From NCBI GenBank assembly GCA_044892525.1, contig CM097886.1, positions 153,140,001 through 153,204,000 on the forward strand: a stretch of DNA of 64,000 nt. Direction: 5' to 3'. A program made the position numbers and the translations under genes. The notes below the pieces were generated by a model. That model was given only the letters and a program-made list of their open reading frames with translations, did not search any database and had not been told where the DNA came from. This DNA is from Schmidtea polychroa. Lineage: Eukaryota. Below, piece by piece: positions 10,960-22,700 of this stretch; the stretch's first letter is position 1; each line of letters starts with the position of its first letter.

Positions 10960-13664
10960 GGTGGGTCGAAAAATTTTTTTTTCTCCAAACATGCCTAAAA
11001 AGTTGTGCTTATGCTAGAAAATGAAATATCCCTGCAAAAGACTGCTGTTTAAAAGGGTTTACAGGTCCCAACTTTTGTTTGTATGTATTAGTACTATCCC
11101 AGTAAAAATGCTCGCACACGTGCCATTGTAAATTCATCCTGCAATTTCATACTGGCTTTAACGAACAAGCAACTCTTTTCGCAAAAAAGGTGAAGGAAAT
11201 TTATATGAAGGCAAGTATCCCAACTGTTGAGTTCAGTAGTATTGTGGTTCGTGTCAAGCGACTAATATCAAAAGTGCGTGAATTAGAGAAGTATCCAGAA
11301 TGCAAGAGGTCATCTGCCAAATTTCAAGATAAGTTAAGCTCGTTTTCCAAATTGTTTGACATATGTTGCTGCAAATGTTTTAATGATGGTGCTCGTGGAA
11401 GAAGTCAGTGTACATGCCGATTGGCCTTGAAAATTCCTACCTTAGAGTGGGAGTTCTGGATTGACCAACAAACTACCAGAAACATGAAAATCGGAAATAC
11501 GGACAGACAGGAAACCTCAAAATTGAAGAGAAAACAAACGAAAAGCAGCCCTACAGGAAAAGGAAAACAAATGAAAAATGAAATAATGGACACTGAAGTT
11601 AACGATCTACATCCGACCTCAAGAAGTGACACGGAGAGTGAAGCCGCTAGTGATGAAAGTAAAGATAAGTTAGACAATTCAACAGAAAGCTCAGAGTCAA
11701 GCGTAGAAGAATGTGATGAATTTCAAAATAGAAGACATTATCCTGAATTAAGTAAAGCTGTTGACAGATGTGGTGTGAGCAACAGAGACACGTGTTTGCT
11801 AGTAAACGCTTTTCTGAAAGATATGGAACTGTTATCCTCTCAAACAATCATCGATCCCGCAAAATTACGGCGTCAGAGAAAGTACTGGAGGGAGAGAGAA
11901 ATTGAACAGCATTCAGCAGAAGCGAAAAACTTGATTTGCCTCGGTTTCGACGGGAAACAAGATTCCACCTTACTTCATAGAAGGATCCTAAAAGAGGAGC
12001 ATTATGTGATTGTCGCCTTTCCAGGGGATACATATATCGATCATGTTGTACCTCAAAGTAGTAAAGCTGTGGATATTGGCAAAGAAATCATGTCAATCAT
12101 CGTTAGCACGCAGTCCTCACTGACCCTTCAAGCAATTGTGTGCGATGGAACCAATACAAACACCGGAAAAAATAATGGAATAATCAGAAGACTCGAAAAA
12201 AGCCTAGGGCGACCTCTACAATGGCTGATATGCTTGTTGCATGCAAATGAATTGCCATTCAGGAAGTATTTTTCAGTCGTCGATGGTGGAGAAACAAAAG
12301 GTCCAAAAACGTCATGTGGTGAAATAGGAAGCGTTCTTGATTTTGATCCAAAAGACAAGCCCGTAGTAGCCTTTATGTCCCTTCCTGGAAAGGTCGTAGA
12401 TATTAGTGAAAATGTCAAGAAAGAATTGAACACTGATCAATTGTATTTCCTCAGAGTATGCTTGGCAGTCCAGAAAGGGTACCACAACAACAAGGATGTC
12501 CCTTTTCTACAAATGGCACAACCAGGAAATTTGAATCACAGTCGCTGGCTAACGAAAGCTAATAGAATTCTGCGACTATATATGTCCGAAACTGCTCCAT
12601 CTGAACCTCTCATGCGAATAGTGAAATTTATTGTCAATTTCTATGGACCGTCATGGTTTTATATAAAGACTCACTCGTCATGCCAAGATGGTGCAAGAAA
12701 TATTTTTTATATGCTCCAACTTCTGCAGGATTTGGATCCATCAGACCAAGAAATCATCTTTCCTGTCATTCAGAACAACAATTACTTCTCACATCCAGAA
12801 AATATACTCCTAGCTGCTGTTGGTGATGATGATGAAGAAATCAGAAAGTTTGCAACAGAAAAAATCATAACTGCAAGACAAAATTTTCTCCCTTCCGAAG
12901 TGATTCGCACTATGGACAAGAATACTGTCTTTCTTCAGTCGTCTGCTACATCATATGTTGACATGATTGACTGGACAAAATGTAATTTGACGCCTCCCCC
13001 TCTTTTATCTCATATATTGGATCATGAATTGAAGATGAATAAGAAAATTACATTAGAACAATTTCCCTGTCATTCTCAAGCCGTTGAAAGAGCCATCAAA
13101 GATGTTTCTTCTGCCAGTTGCAAAGTGTTTGGTCACAAGTCCAGACATGGTATGGTACTACTGTGTAAAAAATCAAGGAAGGAATTGCCCAAGGTGCAAA
13201 GCAAAGCTGATTTCATGTGACTTCTTTTTATGCCCTCGCTAATACATTTCTAAACTTTTGGCTGGATGTTTTTAATAAAAAATAATTTCGAAAGTTGATT
13301 TTTGTCTTTGAAAAGGATAATTCAAATTTGGCCCTTCCTAATCACTGACGTTGTCAGGATATATTTCAATGCGGGATGAGGACACAGAATATACTATCTC
13401 AGCCCAAGAGAGTAAATAATATACTTATAAGCTCTTAAGAAAGCTACATCTAAATATGGACAAAGGCGCAAAACACATTCCGACACTAGCCAAATTACAT
13501 TGTTTTCACACTTATGTTGAACTGCATTTTCGGAGAAAAGTTGGGAGCAGTAAATGTCCATAAATCTAAGTAAAATGGTTTGATTCGATTTTTCTATACC
13601 AAAATACAACTTTTTAACCATGTTTCCTTTCTTGAACTCAAAATTTATTAACATTCGACCCACC

Positions 13665-13710
<46 letters not shown>

Positions 13711-16700
13711 GAATCTGCACCTGTTAGGATATTTTACTTCAAAACTCAAAAAAGTATCGAAAGGATGGCATCACTACACGAAAAGAAATTACAGATAATT
13801 TTATTGAAATATTTAAAACTATGGCAACTTTTTTCAAAAAGCAATTAAAAGCATTATATTCAAGGATATAGATGAATCAATTTTTAAATATTTAAAATTT
13901 CGACGAGAAAACTCATTATTGTGGGAAGTCCAATTTTTATATTCAAAAACAAACATTTGAGGGAAATATTGTTATGGTTGGGTTTGAGCTCACTTGGGGC
14001 TTGCTTAGACAGTATAATAAGAAATGTATTAGTCGTTTAGAATAACTTGAGTAAATAGATAAAATAGAAATAGAAATAATAAGAATAAAAATAATTATTA
14101 TAAATAGATAGAAAATATAAATAGTAGTTTAAATAATATAAATAGATATAAATATTTAAAATTTAGTAATAATTAAATAAATATAGTACAGGTAACCCTC
14201 CTACAACGCGGCAGTTTTTAGGAACCTATCTACCGCGTTGTAGGAGGGTTACCTGCATATAAATATTAATTTAGCCTTGAATATAAAAGGACTTATTTTT
14301 TAGTAACAAGGTCGACAAATATTAGTCAGCAACGTGAAATAAATATTTAATCAGTGACAGCTTGGAAGATATTGAATTTCGGGAATATTGTGAGCAATTG
14401 TAAAGTCAACAGCTGGCCGATCAATAAACTAAGATAGTACTTAAAGCGAGAAATTTTTTGGAAATCATTTGTTAGAGTAAGTGAAAATTTACGAAAAGTT
14501 GTTGATTAGAAATAAAGTTCAAACTAAAAAGATAATTAACGTTATAAAGGTTATTTTGCCATAAATCGTAACAAAAGCCGTTTTTTATTTACAAAAACAG
14601 ATATTAGTTATCGATTCTCATCGATTAAACTAATTGTAACAGTTTTGAGGCTTGGGATAAAATTAATGTCGGTAATCTCGGCAATAGTTTTTTAAGGAAA
14701 CTGCATTGCAAGTGTTTATTAATTAAATATTAGAGGGTAGGTATTTAGGCAAAGTTACTATCATTTTGGATAGTAATCGATCGTGTTAAACTTCGGGTAT
14801 CCCTTGTGTTTTGCCTTTCACTGTTTAGCGTGCTGTTGATCAATTAGGATCCTGCATTCGCCGTCTTAGAAATACCTGAGGACGGTTTGTATAACCGATA
14901 TCTTTGCTTCTGTTTTATTGCGACAACCTTTTTTGGGTAACACGTTTTGTAATTTTTAAATGTATATCATAAACCATATTTGTATTTATTTGATAAATAA
15001 AGTTTATTATCTTAAGCGAGTGTGTTATTATTTGTGAAATTAACCAATCAAGAGAGCGTGTGTTAGTCGTATACCCACTTACGAACCTAACAATATTACA
15101 GAATTTGTGGCTCGTTTAATACAGCATGCTAACGATTGTTATTAATAACCTAAAGAAATGTGACTCACTTTAGGAAGAAATAATAAAATTGCAATGGTGT
15201 TGACATATATAAATAATTAAGAGGAATGTAATGGAGTTAGACAACTTGTCAATCTAGATCAGTTGAATGAAGCACACACAAAATATTCACAAAATATACC
15301 ACAAAGAACTCGCATGTGATTTCAAAACTCGCGAATAAATAAGTAATTAGCAGCGGGGAAATTCAGCACGTTTTACGAAGTATAATCAACGACAGTTTTA
15401 ACCTACAATTTGGGCAGTTGATTATCATTTCGGGAACTTCTCTTTGAAGAGTGTATGTTTTATTTGGTTTAGTTTTGATATACTAATATAGTTTTGGTAT
15501 GAATTTTTAAAATTAAATTCAGAAATACAATATAGCGTCACGAAAACCAATATTATTACGATAACATGGAAAATTTGCTTGTTTGGTGTTTAACCAAATA
15601 CATTATTTTTCCTTTAAATTCGTCTCTACTATCATATAGTATTTGAGCTTTGTTGGGAAAGTTCAAATCCATAGCATAAGATCTCGTAAACATGCCAATG
15701 CATCAACTCAGTCAAAGATATTAGAAAAATAATAAAGTTAAGGAGATATTATTAAACGAAGACAAGAAAGAAAATAATAAAGAATAAAATAGAAAAGAAT
15801 AACCAGAGCATTTTATTTTATTAGAATGGCTGAAACATTTATAGTATAAATTTTATAAATAAAATCAAATATTGTTAAATTTTTAAACATTTTATGAAAA
15901 TTATTTTCAGCGCAAAGATAAACACTATGACGAAGAGATTATTAAAAAAACATCAACTGATACTGGTCTCTATACTTCATTTTAAGGTTTTTGTGAATTT
16001 AAGGATAAGAAAAATATGGCGAAGAGATTGATTTATCATTCATTGTCTTTATCTTTTACTTTTGAAAATTCGAACAACTTATAGCAATATATGGACCTAC
16101 GATTGTATTATCCAGTTCAAACATGGCCATCATCCAGTGTTTTGATGATAAGTTGTGACCAAAAAAGAGAGAAATGTTTGCAAATTGTGATGGAAGAACG
16201 CGGAATCATTATAAACAATATCTCGCAGCAGTTGAATATAAGTAATATAGGTATATATAGTAACATAGCATCCTAAATAAATCTGGTGTAATAAAATTGG
16301 CATTCAGGTTCATCCCACACTTTCTTTCCTGAGATATGTGAAAAGAGTATGGAATGACTAATTCCTCAGAAGTTTAATAACTGTGGATGAAACCCCTCTA
16401 TCCTTGTATGTCTCTGAAACAAAGCGTAAGTCCAGCGAATAGAAACTCCTTGGAGAAACAAGTTCCAGGAAGATGCGAACTGGAACATGTTACCGAAAAT
16501 CAAGTTCATAATTTTTTGGGAAATATGTGGCATAATCTGTTGGGATTTCGTTGGAAAAGGCCTGAGAATTAGTTCTACATACAACAACGACCTCGTGGTC
16601 ATATTAATAAATCTATGTCTCTGGTTGGACTATGTTCTGATCTCGTTTATCAATTTACATGTAATAAGTGTCTTGACATGTGCACTGAAGAGACTTCTCG

Positions 16701-19700
16701 TCATCTCTGTATTAGAGCTTGTGAACATTATTGACTGAAAGCATTAACCAATATTATTGAGCACAATCAGGACTGTATGAGTAAAGTAGACATGTCAGAT
16801 TTAAAAAATTGGAAACGTATAATTTATTAAGCTTTGTTAATATAGTCATTGAACCTAAAATTAATGTACAATATTCTATGAATGTGTGTTTTGAATGTCT
16901 TTAAATAATTTGGATTGTAAATTCATTGTATATGGATTATTGTTTATTTCAAATACATTAAATTATTGAGTTAAATAATTTAAAATTTAAATTTTAAAAG
17001 GGTTTATAGATTGTAATAAATTAAATCTTTAAATTAAATTTTTAAAAAATTAATAAAATTTATTCATAAATCAATAATATTTATAGTTTTCTCTATCCTA
17101 CCTGATGATAACAGGAAAACTGTAGAAATATATCGTAAAACGAATGTCTGAGTAGCCCTTTGTAATAATTTATGAAACATTAACATTTTATAAATAGAAT
17201 TTTATATATAAAATAAACCAATTAATGATATGTTGTATTGAATGATTGTAGAATANNNNNNNNNNNNNNNNNNNNNNNNNNNNNNNNNNNNNNNNNNNNN
17301 NNNNNNNNNNNNNNNNNNNNNNNNNNNNNNNNNNNNNNNNNNNNNNNNNNNNNNNNNNNNNNNNNNNNNNNNNNNNNNNNNNNNNNNNNNNNNNNNNNNN
17401 NNNNNNNNNNNNNNNNNNNNNNNNNNNNNNNNNNNNNNNNNNNNNNNNNNNNNNNNAAATATGTTAATTGAAACGAGGAAACAAATACATAACAAATCAA
17501 TGATTGATATGATTAATACAGGGTTTTAAGTTGTATTTTGACAAGCATAATATATTTTTTGACAATATTAACCAGATAATAAACAATATTAAATCTATTA
17601 TTGACAATATATACTAAATTAATAACAATAAAAGCTTTATTAATGACATTATAAATATATTTTTAGACATTCTATGCATGGCTCGACAAATAAATCAATT
17701 TCCTGCTTCCATAGCAAATAATACAGAAATAGAAGTCGAAAGTGATAACACTGCCGAACCAGCTATCCGTAACACTTTTCGAGTACAACGAAGAAATAGT
17801 ACAACTTCAAATGCTGATAGAGATCGTGTTATTACAGCATATGATGACGGGACTTCAATAGTTGATATTTCTCGAATTTTATCAATAAAAAGAACTACAA
17901 TTTATGGTATTTTGAAGAAGTACCATAACACTGGAGTGGTGGAAGCTGATAAGAGAGGCGGCGATCATCCACAAAAATTGACAGAGAATCAAAAAAATCA
18001 AGTAAAAGAGTGGGTTGATAATAACTGCCAATTATTGTTGAAAGTTTTAGCGGAAAAGGTATTTACAGAGTTTCAAATTAGAATATCCACTACTTATGTA
18101 TATAATTTATTATCTCGTTTTCATTATTCAATGAAAAGACTTCATTTAATTCCAGAGAGAAGAAATTCAACAGAAGTAATTGAAACAAGAAAAGAATATG
18201 CACTTAACTTCTCTTCTATACTAAGTATATATTCAGAACAAGAATTAATATTTATTGATGAGGTGGGATTCAACGTTTCTATGAGAACAACAAGAGGAAG
18301 ATCACAAATAGGCACTCCTGCAACATTAAATGTGCCGACCATACGATCAAGAAATATATCTATAGCATGTGCAATGAACAAAAATGGGTTATTGTTTTAT
18401 AAATCTTTTAATCGGGCCCTCAATAAAGAGAAGTTTATCGAATATATAACAGAGCTAAAGGAAGTTTTAATTGATAAAGAGATTCACAGATGCGTATTCA
18501 TAATGGATAATGTTAAGTTCCATAAAAGTCCTGAAGTGCTTAGCGCTATAAAAAATGAAAATACAACTGTAAAATTTCTTCCACCGTACTCCCCTTTTCT
18601 CAATCCTATTGAGAACATGTTCAGCAAGTGGAAGGAAATCACCAAAAGAACCAACCCCAGAAATGAAGATGATCTTAGGCGAGCAATTGAAAATGGAAGT
18701 ACCCTAATATCTTCACAAGACTGTAGTAATTATGTGCGAAATATGTGGTCATATATACCAAGATGTATTGAGGGAGAAATTATTCTTAATTAAATGTCAC
18801 TTAATTTTTTTGTCATTAATATATTATTATTGTCATTAATATTATTTAAACTGGCATTTATTTTATTAATATTGTCATTAATGTATTTAACATTGTCAAA
18901 GATTATATTAAAATATTCAAAAAATATGTTATGTTTGTCATAATACGACTTGAAACCCTGTATCTCAGTTGATTAAATTTCAAAGAAATGTTTATTATCA
19001 GGAATAATGATGACTTACCTATGAATATCAAACTTGTTTGGATTTGGCCAAATTGATGAATCCATATGAATGGAATAGATAGGTACCGTAAATACATCAC
19101 CTTTTTTCGCCATAATTTTACTTCCATCAGATGCTGTTAATAAGATATCTTGTGTGCAAGTTCTATCTATTCTAGAAGCAGGTGGGCAAATTCTAAGAGT
19201 TTCAGAAATTGCAGCATCAAGTGAATGCATTGTCATCAAGGTTTCATAAGTTATTTCACCCTAAACATCATGAAAATATGTTTTATTAATTTTGAAAATA
19301 TGATTGATTCAAGGTTGAAATGAAAAAAAAATAGTCATAGGAGATTGATTCACCTCCATAGAAAATTTTATAACCACTTAGGATGGTTTAGGATGGTTTC
19401 ATCGATTTACTGACATCATAAGCGTTTGAATCGCATATTGTAAATTGAAATCATTCGAAGTAGACCATTAGGTCTTTTCAATTTCTAGTAGCTAACACGA
19501 TATTCAGTAGTGGAAAAGGTTATTTGTAAAATACATTTTGGAACTTCATGAAAGATTAAAAAATACATTTATATTATATTTAGGGTTACCAGACATCGCG
19601 GTTTTCTGGTTCGGCGTGGTAAAAGTCTGGTAACCATATTATATTAAATTTTTCCATAGGAGATTTGCGAATTCAATCTTGATTGTTATAGAAAAATTTT

Positions 19701-22700
19701 AATATTTTTCACATGTGATAGATATGAATTGAAAAGTTAATTCATTTTCTTATATTAAGTTTATAAATCATTATAAAATCTTTTTATAAAATAGAAAAAA
19801 TTTATATCGAAAAATATGTTAGAATTAAAATATAATTCAAAAGGGGTAATGAGAAAAAACTTTTTTATCAATTATAAAGAAAATTCAATAATTCTCGATT
19901 TATTTAAATTAATTTATTATTTGACTCGAATTTAATAATATTCAATATTTTGCATTATCCACATATCTGATATTAAAAATTTCCCGCAGACATGACAGTA
20001 CAATTATTATCCACGTTCCTCTCCAATACACCGCTGCCGTCTGCTACTAGTTGCTAAGATGCCACTAAATCATGAATACTGTCTGTATACCACATCCACA
20101 GCCAACCATACAAATAACAGAAATATATGTGCATTAACTATTAGTTGAACGAATTTTATAATAATTGAACTTTAAATTATGTATCTATTGTCTATATTCG
20201 ATAAACTTTCTCTGTTGTAAAAGTAATAATAAAAATACTTCCACGCCATATCGAGGTGTTGTCAGTTGCTCTACGTGGCCTTTGTTTAGACCACTAACTC
20301 AGAGTAGTTAGAACTAGTATTGAAGCATTTGGTGTGGTATCCTTTAGAACATTTTTGTTTGATTTTGTATGATTTTGGAAAATAATGTCTAATGAAGACC
20401 TCCTACTAAGACTGGTGTCGTTTAAAAATTTACCGAACTCGATTCATACTTCAACTTTACATTACTCTTCAGCACTAACTCCGACTCCGACTCCGACTCA
20501 ACTTTTAACAATTTAAAAAAGTGCAACTAAATATTTTCTAATGAATAATATTATTTCCGTACACATACCAGCGATCACATTATAAACTTAAATCAATTTA
20601 ATATTTAACTAACAAAAAATGAGCGTATTAACTATTACCAATATTTTTCAAACCATTCATTTGTAAACGCGTAAATATCATATAATAAAAAATGAACCTA
20701 CACCACGTTCAACGAAAACATCTCATATATTGAACTAAATTAAGAATAACAAATATTTAACACGTTTTGTTGTGATAGGCAACATTTAAAATTTTTACGT
20801 TAAAAATTATTTATTCGAAGATATTTACCTTATTTCAATCATTCTAAAAATATAGTAGTTCAATTCCTGGGTGACCATTGCAGAGTCTCACTTAGAAGAA
20901 AAGCACCAGTCATATATGATCGTCTTTTAAAAGAAATAATACAATATTTTTGATACCATAATGCCTTTATTTTTATCATCTCTAGTCCCATCTTCTGAAC
21001 TACTACTCAGTCGTTATAAATAAACATTACATGTATATTATCGATAGATTAAAAAAGAAAATAATTAAAAAGTTCGAGTTGGTCGATTATTGACGACTCT
21101 GACATCAGTTATTCCAGTTAATTTTTTTGATATTATATAACACTTAACGAAAATCTACAAAATATTCAAGTGAACCCTGAACCAAAAGAATATTAAAGTG
21201 TAGTGACTTTTAGTCAAACTATATTAAATTTTGATTGTTTCACTCCTAATATTGTGCGACAATTTTTTGAAGTATTCTAATGTCTTGTTTATAGTGACTA
21301 GAAACTATGTAATTAAAATATTGATTTGGTTAATAAATTTTTTGAATTGTTAACCTGGTTTTATTATCATTATTTTTATGCTATTCATAATCATTATTAT
21401 TATTTTATTTATTATTACTAAAATGATCAGAAACGCCTGGATAATTGAATGATAACTTGTCATTGACAATGTTTCTCGTAATACCGAAATTCAACTTTTA
21501 TGTGCAAGCAAGCCTAAACAATATAAAGATCAGCAGAATCCAGGAAACTGTTCCTTATTTACTGGCATAGACTTATGTTAGAAATCTGATTTGAAAAACA
21601 TTATTGTTTATAATGTACTTCTATGAAGACATCGAAATCCGAAGTGAAATCAAATGCAAATTCAAAAAATATCAATATTTAACTTATTGCGAGAAAATTT
21701 CCAATTTAATTCTGAAAGCAAACTCAAGAACAAAAGACTAGTACAATTATCTTCGAGAACTGGAAGAGAAAACGATTGTAAAAGGCTTATCGTAATAAAA
21801 AATAAGCCCGACAAAAGAAGAATCCTTTGCTCATTTATCTAAATACAGAAGGCTATTTAATAAAGTTTTAACCATTGGAATACATTATTTATTTATATAT
21901 TATTTGATGATTTTATGGTTATATTCGCAATAAAAAGGTTTCGTTTCTGTTTTGATTTGAATCATAAAACTTAAGTACAATGTATATTAAAAGCAATTTG
22001 TTGTGAGAGGTTTATAGGTTTTACGATTTGTGCCAACCATTTTAACTCTAAAAATTAATCTTTTTAATTATTGTGATTTTAATTAGGTTTGGTACCTTAT
22101 TATCAACTTATAGCAGATGACAAAACTTTATAAACAAAGAATTATATCTCCAAGAAAAAACTATGACATTTGTGAAATACATGTTAAACTCAAATAAATA
22201 GTTAATAATTTATTATTTGTATACATTTTTGGCGCCCATCTTAAAATATTCTGTAAGATATACAATTATTCATTAATTGTTCCTATTTGGAAATGCGGGT
22301 TTGTGAATGGGTTAATATATATAATTTTATGAATTCGGTAAAATTTGATGAATCGAATTTTTCGAATTATGAGAATCTTACAAATAAAACTATTTAATCA
22401 ATGATTAAAAATAGAATTCTATTAATATCGAAAAATCTTTAAAATTATACTGGTTAATTGTTAATTGTCATTATACAATTCATTAAATAATTTTGAATTA
22501 CAAAAAATATTTACAAAAACGTGAAAAATACGAAACTTATAATAAGTATAATATGTTACTTAAAGAAAAATCAGAAGCTAAATTGCAAATATTGTAAATG
22601 GTTTTAAAGGATTGTTAGAATTCTCCAATATTTATATATTCTTGAAAATTCTGCATCATTTATCAATGAAATTACAAAATTTGTAAGAAGGAATCATTAG

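Noticed and set aside
10956-10961. TTAGGG as an interstitial telomere seed
   Set aside because: It is a single hexamer that forms part of the transposon TIR.
13394-13720. 108-aa minus-strand ORF with IYIYIY
   Set aside because: It is a translation of the (TA)n tract and the transposon end.
17202-17529. ORFs full of X in the supplied track
   Set aside because: They are artefacts of translating through the N-gap.
21420-21860. Coding-like stretch in CYP-A intron 8
   Set aside because: No continuous frame or diagnostic motif; possibly an old gag remnant.
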